Shown here piece by piece: positions 9,737 to 20,271 of a stretch of 64,000 nucleotides of DNA. This DNA comes from Promethearchaeota archaeon (GTDB taxonomy: Archaea; Asgardarchaeota; Lokiarchaeia; Sigyniarchaeales; SOKP01): assembly GCA_016839555.1 (NCBI GenBank), contig JAEOUA010000003.1, positions 451,610 to 515,609 of the forward strand. Reading direction: 5' to 3'. The translations under genes and the position numbers were made by a program. The notes beneath the pieces were generated by a model, which did not search any database, was not told the origin of the DNA, and was given only the letters and a program-made list of their open reading frames with translations. Numbering within the stretch: the first letter of the stretch is position 1; every line of letters begins with the position of its first letter.

Positions 9737-10642
9737 TTAATCAAGTTTTTGATTTATTGCTTCTAAATATTGAATTGATTTTACAATTTCCTCATCCAAA
9801 TCATATTGAGGGGGTAAATTTCCTATATCAATAGCAATATATCCACTAAATTTATGTTTTTTTAATGCTTTCAATGTTCCATCCCAATCAATAGTACCTC
9901 TTCCAACTCCTAAATGTTGATTATCCCTTCCATCGTTATCAGAAGCATGGACAAAAAAAATCTTCTCTGCTAATTTTTCGACTGATAAAGGTATTAATTC
10001 TTTTTGAGCATGGAGGTGGCCGCAATCTAATACCGCTCCAAAATTGTCTGAGTTCACCCAATCAAATAATCTTAATATAGCATCAGTATTTGGGATTGAT
10101 TCATGAACTCTTGGCTCTAAGCACAGCTTTAAACCTCTATTATACGCTATTTCATCACATTCTTTAATACTCTCAACCATTATGATCCAATGGCGAGTCC
10201 AATCAAAGCTCTCTTCGACCCTAATTTTTATGGGGACATTGAATTTAATAGTATCCTCATACGGTTTTTCTGAAATATAATGTAGAGGTGGCATATGAGA
10301 GTCTAATTGAATAGTTTCGCACCCAAGAAAGTTTGCTAAATCAGCAGATTGTTCGAAAAGGTCTAAATATTTCTTCCAATCTCTACTCATTAGCTCGGGA
10401 AACACCACACACAAATTATTTACTTTTAGATCGAGTGAATTTAGGGTTTCTTTAATTAAATGTTTATTTTCTAATTCCTCTATTAAATTCTTTTTTCTCA
10501 TCGCTTCCAGCTCCGTTGTATCAAATCCAAGCTTTTTAATCTGCTTTAATGCTTCTAAAATATTTTTAATATCGAAACTCTCGCCATATTTTTGAAACTT
10601 TGAGATCGCATAGAGCCAGGCGCAACAAAATTTTAGTTCCAT
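9737..10642 (-). CDS. Sugar phosphate isomerase/epimerase (xylose isomerase-like TIM barrel)
   Basis: LCLEP, LDCGH, HASDNDG..QHLGVGRGTIDW motifs. Confidence 0.85.
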   Translation of the reverse strand: MELKFCCAWLYAISKFQKYGESFDIKNILEALKQIKKLGFDTTELEAMRKKNLIEELENKHLIKETLNSLDLKVNNLCVVFPELMSRDWKKYLDLFEQSADLANFLGCETIQLDSHMPPLHYISEKPYEDTIKFNVPIKIRVEESFDWTRHWIIMVESIKECDEIAYNRGLKLCLEPRVHESIPNTDAILRLFDWVNSDNFGAVLDCGHLHAQKELIPLSVEKLAEKIFFVHASDNDGRDNQHLGVGRGTIDWDGTLKALKKHKFSGYIAIDIGNLPPQYDLDEEIVKSIQYLEAINQKLD

Positions 10643-10820
10643 ATTAATTCACATTGATTTTGTTTCTAGTGATCTGAATTGAATTAGAAATATAAGATTT
10701 TTTTCAAATATTAAAATTCAAGGTTTTCTTTTTTATTTTGTAAATGGATTAAATTTTATCATATATTTCATTTATAAATTCAAGAAAAAATCTTTTGAAT
10801 CAAAATAGAAGTGAGTAAAA

Positions 10821-11258
10821 ATGGCAGAAGAAATAATTGATTTAACCGAGGAGGAATTCAAATCACTCTCTGAAAAAGATAAATGGGAATTGCTAAAGTC
10901 GATCAAAAAAATTGTTCAAGATTTAAAAATTAGGGCAGATAAAAATTGTGAAGAATGCGAGAAGACCTTTTTAACTCCAGAGGATATCAATATTGATTTA
11001 TTCTTTCAGGATTGGAGGGAATGCGCTGAGCGTTGCGATGAATGTGGCGAAGAAGAGAAAAGAAATATGTGCCAACTCCAGTTCGAGCTAATGAATCATA
11101 TTGCTAATAGTCTTTTAGATGTACAGAAGCGTCAGAATTTACTCACCCAGCTCGTGCTCAAAAGAGATCAAGTGGGTTCAAAGTTATTAAAAGAATTTAT
11201 GAAAAAAACAGAAGAACTCAAAAAGAAGGATAAAAGTGTTGACGATATGTATCGTTAA
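10821..11258 (+). CDS. Hypothetical Cys-containing coiled-coil protein
   Basis: 145 aa; CEEC and CAERCDEC...C motifs; amphipathic helices. Confidence 0.7.
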   Translation: MAEEIIDLTEEEFKSLSEKDKWELLKSIKKIVQDLKIRADKNCEECEKTFLTPEDINIDLFFQDWRECAERCDECGEEEKRNMCQLQFELMNHIANSLLDVQKRQNLLTQLVLKRDQVGSKLLKEFMKKTEELKKKDKSVDDMYR

Positions 11259-11315
11259 CTGGTAATCGAAACTAATTTATTAACTAATGCTTACTAATTG
11301 CTGCATACATTCATA

Positions 11316-14225
11316 TTAATTCTCAAGTTCCTCTTTAAGTGTTATTAACTTTTTCATTGCTTCTACGGGAGTGATAGAATTTATATCTATATCTTTAATA
11401 AGATTTAGAATCTCTTTTATTTTATCATCAACAACTCGTTCTTTTTTCACAATCGGTTTAAAAAAAGTGGTTTGTACCATTTTTGTTTCCTTTTCTCCTT
11501 TTTTTGAAGGAATAACAGAGGTTTTTTGAGCTTTTAATTCATCAATTTTAGCCTCTAATTGCTTAATCTGATTTTGTGTTACTTTTAAGTGTTTTTGTTT
11601 GTCTTCTAATGTTTCCACGCTCTTTCTCAATTCCTTTTGTTTGGCTTCTAACTCATCGGTAATATTTTCTAATTGTTTCTTCTTAGTATTAATTATTTTT
11701 TCATGAAATTTTCCTGGTTCCCCATGATTTTTATGATTATTCTTTTTAATGGTTGCTTTTAGAGGATCTTCTTCTTCAATCTGTTCTAAGATTTGGAAAG
11801 CCTTAATAATGACATCATCAGGTATTCCTGCTAACCGTGCTACGTGAATTCCATATGATTTATCTGTGCTTCCCAGTTTTAATGTGCGAACGAAATTGAT
11901 GGAGCCATCTTCATTTTCGATAATATCAAGATGATAATTTTTCACGCGTGGTAAATCAATTTCAGTAAGCTGGTGATAATGTGTACTGAATAAAGTCTTC
12001 ACCCTAATTTCATGGAGTTTTTCCAAAGTTGCGATCGCTATACTCTGCCCATCGCTGGTACTTGTGCCCCTTCCCAATTCATCAATTATGACGAGACTTT
12101 TGGGAGTAGCATAATTTAAAATTTTAGCTGTTTCCGTCATCTCAATCATAAATGTCGATAACTTTCTCGCTAAATCATCGGAAGCACCTATTCGTGTAAA
12201 AATTTGATCAATGATACCCAAGGTTGCGGATTTAGCGGGCACAAAACATCCCATCTGGGCAATCAAACATATCAATGCAACTTGCCTTAGAAATGTTGAT
12301 TTTCCAGACATATTTGGTCCAGTAATTATAAGAATCTGCTCATTTTCTGTATCTATATAGCAATCATTTGGAATAAAACATTCAGTAATATACATCTGTT
12401 CAATTACCGGATGTCTCCCCTCTTTTATTACGATTTTATCGTCGTCTGTAATCTGAGGTCTGCAGTAATTATATTGTTCCGCTATTTCTGCAAAACAAGA
12501 ATACACATCTATGTATGCAATATTTTTTGCTGTTTCTAAGATATATTGCACTTCCTCTTCTACTTTTGCTCTGATTTCACGAAATAGCTCATATTCTAAA
12601 TCATAAATCTTTTCTTCAGCAGAGACTATTTTTTGCTCCAATTCTTTCAATTCTTTGGTAGTATATCGCTTGGAATTCTTAAGAGTCTGACGTTCCACAT
12701 AACTGCTTGGGAGTTCCTTTATGGATTTCAAAGTATTTTTTGTGATTTGAATATAATACCCTAGAATATTGTTATGCCCCACTTTTAGTCCAGAAGTCGA
12801 ATTAAATTGTGATTTTTGGGCTTGTTCGTATTCTAAGATATATTTTCTCCCATTTCTAAGGATATCTCTTAACTCATCTATTTTAGGGCTATATCCATCC
12901 TTAATAATATTCCCTTCTTTAATGGTAGTGGGGGGATCTTCCTTTATAGAATCTGAGATAAGTGCTCTTATAGAGCTAAAATCATTGATTTGTTCTAAAT
13001 ATTTGGATATTTCGGGAATATCTGCTTTTGTCAATAATTCTCTAATTTTCGGAATCTTTTCAAGGGAATTTCTAATATTAATCAAATCTCTAGCATTTGT
13101 TCGATTTTCATAGGTAATACGATTGACATATCTTTCTAAATCCCCAATAATCCCTAATTTTTCTCTTAAATCAGACCTTAGAAAAATATCATCTTTAAAT
13201 TTCTGAACAATATTTAATCTATGGTTGATTTCTTCAATATCAGTAAGAGGCTGCAGAATTAATTTTTTTAATAGACGTGCCCCCATTGGAGTTCCCGTAT
13301 GATTAAACACAGAATATAATGTGGCGTCCTTACCTTTTCCCCATAATGATGATATTAATTCTAAATTTCTCTGTGTAGTAAAATCTAAATGCAAAACACC
13401 CTCTTCTTTAAGCAGATTAATTTTGAATATATTGGGAATTACGTCTCGCTGAGTCTCTTTTAAAAAGGCAAGTAATCCTCCTGCTGCTTGAGTGGCCATT
13501 TTCGAACCTTCTAACCCAAATCCTTTTAAGTTTGAGATATTAAAATGTCTTTTAATAATGGTATAGGCTTCATCATAATCAAAATAATAGTCATCATAAG
13601 TTTTAATTAGTGCTTGGGTAATATCTGTAAGAAAAATAAATAATCTCTCATTTTGTTTTAACTCTGAAGGAACGATCAACTCAACCGGACTATATCTCGC
13701 AAAGAGACTTAATAATTTCTCCATTGGATCTTTTTGATTTTCATAATATTCCGCTACGACAAATTCTCCCGTAGAAATGTCGGTAAAAGCACATCCATAT
13801 CCCTTGTTCTCCTTAACTAAAGAAGCTATATAGTTATTTTCATTTGATTTCAACATATCTGATTCTATTATGGTTCCAGGAGATAAGATTCTAACAACTC
13901 CTCGTTTCACTATTCTCCCTTTTACATCTGAAGGGTCTTCTAATTGTTCGACAATTACCACCGTCTCCCCTTTTTTTACCAGATTTTTCAAATAGTTCCC
14001 AGAATGATGTGGTATTCCTGCTAAAGGATATTCATCATCTCCTACTTTTCTCTTGGTTAAGGTTATACCTAAAACTTTAGATACTTTTATCGCATCATCA
14101 TAGAAGAATTCATAAAAATCCCCCATTCTATAGGCAACGAGATGATCTGTGTATTTCTTTTTTACACTATACCAATGTCGCATCATTGGGGTTAAATCTT
14201 TTATATTAATCTGCTCTAAAGACAT
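11316..14225 (-). CDS. mutS: DNA mismatch repair protein MutS (MutS1 type)
   Basis: TPMM..Y, mismatch-binding RMGDFYEFF, Walker A GPNMSGKST, DELGRGTS, STHY, SYGIHVARLAG. Confidence 0.97.
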   Translation of the reverse strand: MSLEQINIKDLTPMMRHWYSVKKKYTDHLVAYRMGDFYEFFYDDAIKVSKVLGITLTKRKVGDDEYPLAGIPHHSGNYLKNLVKKGETVVIVEQLEDPSDVKGRIVKRGVVRILSPGTIIESDMLKSNENNYIASLVKENKGYGCAFTDISTGEFVVAEYYENQKDPMEKLLSLFARYSPVELIVPSELKQNERLFIFLTDITQALIKTYDDYYFDYDEAYTIIKRHFNISNLKGFGLEGSKMATQAAGGLLAFLKETQRDVIPNIFKINLLKEEGVLHLDFTTQRNLELISSLWGKGKDATLYSVFNHTGTPMGARLLKKLILQPLTDIEEINHRLNIVQKFKDDIFLRSDLREKLGIIGDLERYVNRITYENRTNARDLINIRNSLEKIPKIRELLTKADIPEISKYLEQINDFSSIRALISDSIKEDPPTTIKEGNIIKDGYSPKIDELRDILRNGRKYILEYEQAQKSQFNSTSGLKVGHNNILGYYIQITKNTLKSIKELPSSYVERQTLKNSKRYTTKELKELEQKIVSAEEKIYDLEYELFREIRAKVEEEVQYILETAKNIAYIDVYSCFAEIAEQYNYCRPQITDDDKIVIKEGRHPVIEQMYITECFIPNDCYIDTENEQILIITGPNMSGKSTFLRQVALICLIAQMGCFVPAKSATLGIIDQIFTRIGASDDLARKLSTFMIEMTETAKILNYATPKSLVIIDELGRGTSTSDGQSIAIATLEKLHEIRVKTLFSTHYHQLTEIDLPRVKNYHLDIIENEDGSINFVRTLKLGSTDKSYGIHVARLAGIPDDVIIKAFQILEQIEEEDPLKATIKKNNHKNHGEPGKFHEKIINTKKKQLENITDELEAKQKELRKSVETLEDKQKHLKVTQNQIKQLEAKIDELKAQKTSVIPSKKGEKETKMVQTTFFKPIVKKERVVDDKIKEILNLIKDIDINSITPVEAMKKLITLKEELEN

Positions 14226-14399
14226 TATTCAATACATTAATAATTTCTATAGCTATTTAAAATTCTTTAATAAAGCTATAACAAATTAGTATTTATAAAT
14301 AAAAAGACTGAAAGAAATTTTAATTTTCATTAATGTTTGAAGATCTTATGAGTAAAAATGATATTTTATATGAAAATAAAGGAAGAATTAATTTTATCT

Positions 14400-16574
14400 T
14401 TAAGGATTTCTAATTGGTTCGAAAATATATATATATGGTATTCTTGAATTTATGATTAAGGAAATTAAATTAATATTAAGATGTACATATCTGATTTGAA
14501 AAATTTTTTTGAAATGAATTGTATCATTAAGCATTAAATTACATAACTTTGGATTTGCAAAATTATCAATTATTATATAATCCACGCGTTTAGTATAGCG
14601 TAAATAATTATACTTATACGTTGCTTGTTTATAGTAAATGATTTTTGTCGTATTATACACAAAATCTAAAAAATCTTGATATCCTGAGTTATTCACTTTA
14701 TATCTGAAATCATCATAATAAGGAGTTATTTGATTTAAATCAATACACCTCAATTTATATAAATATGTATGAGTTATCTTCCACGAGAAAGATGGATCAA
14801 TCATATAAGTCTGATAATCTATTGCATAAGTATTTAATAAACTTAAAGTAATATAATATGATTTATATGCTAAATCTTCAAAAGAATCACGATAATATCT
14901 TTCTTGATAATTAGGTATTGCTCTGATTACACAATAAAATAATAATATTAAAATAATAATCGCATTAGCGAGTTTTGAAAAAGTAATATAATTGTGTAAT
15001 TCTATCCTTTTTCTTTTTAAAAAATGATTTATTTTTTTATAAAAACTTAAGACGTTTAAATCAAAACGCTTTAGATAATTATTAATAAATAATAATTTCT
15101 TTTTTGCATAGAATTCTTTTTTATTGAGAAACTTAGTTTTCTTGAAAATTATCGAGAATAAGACTGGTACTAAAATTAATAAGCTTATATCTAAATATAC
15201 AATTAATCGAAATTCACAATAGAAAGTATTTATAATATTATACCAGAATTCATAATCCATTAGATAGATGGTAAGATATAAATTTAAGATGAAAAAGAAT
15301 AAGACTAAATATTTTACTCTCTTAATTTTTTTGCTCTTAAATAAATAAAAAATTCCAATTAAAATACCAATATTAAAGACAAGACCAATAGTTAATTTTT
15401 GCCAGACATATAATGTGGGTAAAAATGAAACATCATATGAATTAGAAATATTACTATAGCTATTAATTGAATCTATAATATAGGAAGAGTTTAATATAAT
15501 TAAAAATAAAGATGAGATTATTATAATTTCGATTCCAAAAAGGAATATCCATCGCTTTTTTTTGATATATATAATTATTTTATTTTTTTTTTCATAATAA
15601 TTATGAAATAAACTAGTTGGATCAAATATCCAATTTAATAATAATGTTAAAATTAATGGGATTGAAAGAATAAACAAAATTGATGTGATATGGATGAATA
15701 TTATAAAGATAAAAAGCAATAACTCAATAAATAATGATTTATAGTTTTCATTAAATAAAAAAATCAATAAAATTAGAAATGGAACTATAGTAAAATTGGT
15801 AGGCAAAAAATAAGTGAAAAAGGAAGGAAACATCATAGTGGCAGCGCAGACGAAAAAAATAATAATTATATTAAATTTTGAATCAAATTTATATAAAATA
15901 ATAAAAATTAATGTAAAAATCATGTAAAATTGTAATTTTGTGAGAAGGATCCCTGAAATATATAACCATCCTGAGGGGGCTATTGAATAGAACGGTATAA
16001 GAGTAAAGATAAATATTCTTGATGCATAAATTTCATCTACAACAAAAAGATCAAATAAGATATTAGATCCATAATAATACCAACCATGTTTTATATAATC
16101 TAACGCAAAACGCGAATGATTATAAAGGTCAACAAATTCTAATTCAATAACAAAACTGTTAATATATATATCAAGGAGGACAATTCCAATAAAAAAGAAG
16201 AAAAATTTTCTAAAATAGTGCCAAGATCTTTTTGATTTTTCTTTATTTCTAAGTCCTTTATACGCTCTCCAATAAAAAAATCCTTTGAAAGATCCCTTAT
16301 TTATAAGAAGAATCACAATTAAAAATATAAAATTACATAAAAGGAATAGGGTAAAATCGAAAGGACCGATATAAATAACTATAAAAGTGAAGAGCGTATT
16401 AATTATAAGCCCTAACATTAAACTAAAAACAAAATGTTCTAATAAATTGAACCGATCAATTCTTCTTTTAAAGATTATTCTGTCAAGTTGAAGTATAGAA
16501 TCCCCAATTAGTTCATATAAAAGAAGAATTAAAAGAAATATGATGATCATTAATATTTTCTCAGTCTTTACCAA
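14400..16574 (-). CDS. Large polytopic membrane protein, possibly a GT-C glycosyltransferase-like protein
   Basis: 724 aa, more than 12 hydrophobic segments, DLYNH in first loop, soluble C-terminal domain; TTG start. Confidence 0.55.
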   Translation of the reverse strand: MVKTEKILMIIIFLLILLLYELIGDSILQLDRIIFKRRIDRFNLLEHFVFSLMLGLIINTLFTFIVIYIGPFDFTLFLLCNFIFLIVILLINKGSFKGFFYWRAYKGLRNKEKSKRSWHYFRKFFFFFIGIVLLDIYINSFVIELEFVDLYNHSRFALDYIKHGWYYYGSNILFDLFVVDEIYASRIFIFTLIPFYSIAPSGWLYISGILLTKLQFYMIFTLIFIILYKFDSKFNIIIIFFVCAATMMFPSFFTYFLPTNFTIVPFLILLIFLFNENYKSLFIELLLFIFIIFIHITSILFILSIPLILTLLLNWIFDPTSLFHNYYEKKNKIIIYIKKKRWIFLFGIEIIIISSLFLIILNSSYIIDSINSYSNISNSYDVSFLPTLYVWQKLTIGLVFNIGILIGIFYLFKSKKIKRVKYLVLFFFILNLYLTIYLMDYEFWYNIINTFYCEFRLIVYLDISLLILVPVLFSIIFKKTKFLNKKEFYAKKKLLFINNYLKRFDLNVLSFYKKINHFLKRKRIELHNYITFSKLANAIIILILLFYCVIRAIPNYQERYYRDSFEDLAYKSYYITLSLLNTYAIDYQTYMIDPSFSWKITHTYLYKLRCIDLNQITPYYDDFRYKVNNSGYQDFLDFVYNTTKIIYYKQATYKYNYLRYTKRVDYIIIDNFANPKLCNLMLNDTIHFKKIFQIRYVHLNINLISLIINSRIPYIYIFEPIRNP

Positions 16575-17011
16575 CTATTTATGAAGATTTAAAACGATTG
16601 ATATAATATTAGAAAATTCCTTTATTAATTTTTATAAAATATAAATTCTTGAACGTATTAATCGCACATAAATTTTCTGTTCTTCTTAAAACAATTTCTT
16701 AGTTATTTTTATCATCATATTTTTTTTAATTATCTTGGTTTTTTATCATCAAAATAAAATACAACTTCTATATTTTGGAGATCAAAATAATCTTATGTAG
16801 TGAACCTACTATAAAGAAAGAGTCTAAAAAAAAAATATTTAAAATTAGGATTGGAATAAAATTAGAAGAATATTTTAAAAGTATAATATATTATTTAGAA
16901 AAATACTCACTTTTTTTAAAAAAAATAATGTAAAATTTATATTTTTTAGTAAATTTGCTATAGAAACGAATAATTATTTAAACATATTTTTATTTAAATT
17001 CTCAGTTCTTT

Positions 17012-17614
17012 ATGTCAGTTAGTCATAACCAAAACAGCGTAATTAATATTGCGATTCATGCTCGAGGCGGACAAGGGGCAGTCACGGCTTCACAAATAAT
17101 AGTAGAGGCGGCCTTCTTAGGCGGTAATATGGTTGATGCTCACGCATATCCATCATTTGGAGCTGAAAGAAGAGGTGCCCCAATTCAAGCCTATGCTAAA
17201 TTATCAACCAAAGAAAAAATTTGGGATCGCTCCTTTATCGAACATCCCACTATTCTTTTAATTTTTGATGAAAGTGTTCTTAATCAAGATATAGCTTCTT
17301 CCTTAAAAGAAAATGGTATTCTTATTATTAATTCTGATAAAGAGCCCGATTATTTTGTAAATAAATTTAATTTGAGCGATAAAATTGAAATAATAGTAGC
17401 TAACATTACTAAATTAGCGATAGAAAATAATTTAGTAATTGATGGAAATCCAATTATCAATACTCCTATTTTAGGTCTATTAGCTAAAGCATTACCAGAA
17501 TTAACGCTTCAGAATTTGGAGAGAATAATAAAAAAACGGATGAATAAGGAGTTAAGTGAATTGAATATAAAACTCATAAAAGAAGGCTATGAGCTTGCAA
17601 AAATATTACATTAA
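17012..17614 (+). CDS. porC: 2-oxoacid (pyruvate):ferredoxin oxidoreductase gamma subunit
   Basis: HARGGQGAVTA, PSFGAERRGAP, PIINTPILG. Confidence 0.93.
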   Translation: MSVSHNQNSVINIAIHARGGQGAVTASQIIVEAAFLGGNMVDAHAYPSFGAERRGAPIQAYAKLSTKEKIWDRSFIEHPTILLIFDESVLNQDIASSLKENGILIINSDKEPDYFVNKFNLSDKIEIIVANITKLAIENNLVIDGNPIINTPILGLLAKALPELTLQNLERIIKKRMNKELSELNIKLIKEGYELAKILH

Positions 17615-17730
17615 ATTCAATACTTATTATTCTAAAGTAAAAAATTTAATTTTAAAGAAAATTAGTTCATAATTAGCCAATATTGGTTAATTTATCAATT
17701 TATAAGAGAAATATAGAAAGGTTATATAAA

Positions 17731-18030
17731 ATGCCCGATTCAAAAAAGGATTATCAAAAGATTTTGGCTTCAATTCAAACACCAGTAGAAGGAGAAGCTG
17801 GAGAAACTGGGACTTGGAGTAATATTAAACCCATAATCAACATAAATAAATGTACCCCTGCTAAATCCGGAAAATATACTTGCTTTAGATGCTGGTTATT
17901 TTGTCCCGAAGGAGTTATTTCCCGAACAATACCACCTGAAATAAATCTAAAATATTGCAAAGGATGTGGTATTTGTATGGAAGAATGCCCTGTTGAAGCG
18001 ATCAGAATGGAAGTGATGAATCAAAAATGA
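17731..18030 (+). CDS. porD: 2-oxoacid:ferredoxin oxidoreductase delta subunit
   Basis: TGTW, CFRCWLFCPE and YCKGCGICMEECP 4Fe-4S motifs; ATG at 17731 preferred over TTG at 17683. Confidence 0.92.
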   Translation: MPDSKKDYQKILASIQTPVEGEAGETGTWSNIKPIININKCTPAKSGKYTCFRCWLFCPEGVISRTIPPEINLKYCKGCGICMEECPVEAIRMEVMNQK

Positions 18031-19307
18031 CTCAACCATTGCAAAAGCATAAATATAACAATAAAAAAGTAAAAATATTAACGGGAAACCATGCCGCTGC
18101 TCATGCATTCAGACAAGCTAAAGTAGGAGTGATTTCTGCTTATCCAATAACACCACAAAGCCCTGTGGTGGAGAAGATATCTCAATTTACCGAAGAAGGA
18201 AAAATGAATGCAAAATTTGTTAAAGTCGAATCCGAACATTCTGCCCTCGCAGTGTGTTGCGCTGCTTCCGCAACAGGATCTCGCGTGGGAACTGCAACTT
18301 CGGCCCATGGGTTAGAATTTATGTATGAGATGCTCCCATGGGCATCGGGCAATAGGTTGCCTATTGTTATTAACCTTGCCACAAGAGCTCTTGGAGGGCC
18401 ATGGTCCGTTTGGACAGATCATCAAGATTTTATAACCATTCGTGATGTTGGGTGGATCCAACTGTTTTGTGAAGATAATCAAGAAATTTATGATACAAAC
18501 TTACAAGCATTCAAAATTGCGGAGGATCCAAGAGTATTTTTACCCGCAATAGTAGGATATGACGGCTATATCTTATCACATACTATGATGCCTGTTTTAT
18601 TGGAGGAACAGAAAGAGATTGATGAGTTTTTGCCTCCTATTCAACATCATATTAATTTATCGGATATCTCCCAAGTGAAGGGTGTAGATCCTGTGACAAC
18701 CCCTAATGTCATTAAAAGGAAGGAAGGAACTGCACCAGGTTATTATGAATATAGATATGCATTACAAAAAGCCCTTGAAAATTCTATAGATATTGTAAAA
18801 GAGGTTCACGATGAATTTGCTAAAAAATTTGGAAGAAGCTATGGAAATGGAATATATAAAACCTTTCTCACAGAAGATGCCGAAACAATTATTTTTGCGA
18901 TGGGCTCCGTTGCTTCTCAAGCAAGACATGCAATCAATAAATTACGAAATGAGGGATTAAAAATAGGATTAGTCAGTTTAAAACTTTTTAGACCGTTTCC
19001 TACCGATGATTTACGAGATTATATGAAGCAATTTAAAAATGTGATAGTATTTGATAGGGATATTGGCTATGGATATGAAGGTGTTTTATGTTATGAATTA
19101 AAATCAGCTCTCTATGGGGTGGATAATCCTCCATTTATTAAAGGTTTTATTGTAGGACTTGGAGGAAGAGATGTTACTGATAAGCATCTAATAAAAGGAG
19201 TTAAAAAAGGGCTTGAATATTCTAAAAAAAAGGAATATTTAAATAGAACTGAATTTATAGGATTAAAATTAAAACAATTAGACTTTTTACATGATGGTGA
19301 AGAGTAA
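18027..19307 (+). CDS. porA: 2-oxoacid:ferredoxin oxidoreductase alpha subunit
   Basis: GNHAAA, AYPITPQS, ESEHSA, TATSAHGL, GLGGRD. Confidence 0.95.
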   Translation: MTQPLQKHKYNNKKVKILTGNHAAAHAFRQAKVGVISAYPITPQSPVVEKISQFTEEGKMNAKFVKVESEHSALAVCCAASATGSRVGTATSAHGLEFMYEMLPWASGNRLPIVINLATRALGGPWSVWTDHQDFITIRDVGWIQLFCEDNQEIYDTNLQAFKIAEDPRVFLPAIVGYDGYILSHTMMPVLLEEQKEIDEFLPPIQHHINLSDISQVKGVDPVTTPNVIKRKEGTAPGYYEYRYALQKALENSIDIVKEVHDEFAKKFGRSYGNGIYKTFLTEDAETIIFAMGSVASQARHAINKLRNEGLKIGLVSLKLFRPFPTDDLRDYMKQFKNVIVFDRDIGYGYEGVLCYELKSALYGVDNPPFIKGFIVGLGGRDVTDKHLIKGVKKGLEYSKKKEYLNRTEFIGLKLKQLDFLHDGEE

Positions 19308-20202
19308 AATGGTAAACGTAATGGATCTTCCAGAAGAGGAGCTTATTTACCCCGGCACGCGTGCATGTGCTGGTTGTGCGATGGCCTTAATTTATCGAAT
19401 AGCCTTAAAAGCTCTGGGTCCTAAAACAATTTCAACCGTCCCCGCTTCTTGCCTCACAGTCCTTCATGGAATGCAAGGGTTCTGTTCAACAAAAATTTCT
19501 GTACTTCATACTCCTTTCGCAACCACTGCAGCATCCGCTTCTGGTATCGTTGCTTCCTTAGAGGAAAAAGGATTAGCTGAGGATATTTGTGTAATTGCTT
19601 TTGCTGGAGATGGAGGTACCACCGATATTGGAATTCAGAGCTTAAGCGGTGCTGTAGAGAGAGGTACTAATTTCATCTATGCATGTTATGATAATGAGGC
19701 TTATATGAATACAGGGGTTCAGAGAAGCGGTTCCACACCATTGGGAGCAAAAACAACTACAACTCCTTTTGGAAAGATTGGGCATAAGAAAAACATGCCA
19801 AAAATATTAGAAGCTCATGATATACCTTATGTGGCAACGGCAAATGCTTCATATCCATTCGATTTATATGAAAAATTTCAAAAAGCGAGAAAAATACAAG
19901 GTCCAAAATATATCCATATTTTAGCTCCATGCCCGCCGGGATGGGGATATGATCCAAAACACACTATCAAAATTGGAAGATTAGCTAACGAAACCGGATT
20001 CTGGCCATTATATGAAGTAATAGACGGAAAATTTAAATTATCTCAGAAAAGTAAAAAGTATTTAGATCCAAATAAACGAAAACCTATAGAGGAATATCTT
20101 GAGGTACAGAATAGATTTGATAGGATAACTCCTAATGAGATTAAATTATATAAAGATTACATAGAGAAAATTTGGAACGATATTAAAAAAAGAATGAATT
20201 AA
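19291..20202 (+). CDS. porB: 2-oxoacid:ferredoxin oxidoreductase beta subunit
   Basis: ACAGC, TPP-binding GDGG...DNEAYMNTGVQRS, PCPPGW; start could be the ATG at 19309. Confidence 0.95.
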   Translation: MMVKSKMVNVMDLPEEELIYPGTRACAGCAMALIYRIALKALGPKTISTVPASCLTVLHGMQGFCSTKISVLHTPFATTAASASGIVASLEEKGLAEDICVIAFAGDGGTTDIGIQSLSGAVERGTNFIYACYDNEAYMNTGVQRSGSTPLGAKTTTTPFGKIGHKKNMPKILEAHDIPYVATANASYPFDLYEKFQKARKIQGPKYIHILAPCPPGWGYDPKHTIKIGRLANETGFWPLYEVIDGKFKLSQKSKKYLDPNKRKPIEEYLEVQNRFDRITPNEIKLYKDYIEKIWNDIKKRMN

Positions 20203-20271
20203 TTACTATTTTTTAATTACCTCTAAATAATAATTGCTAAATTATAATTAAACTTTATTTTAATCTATTTC

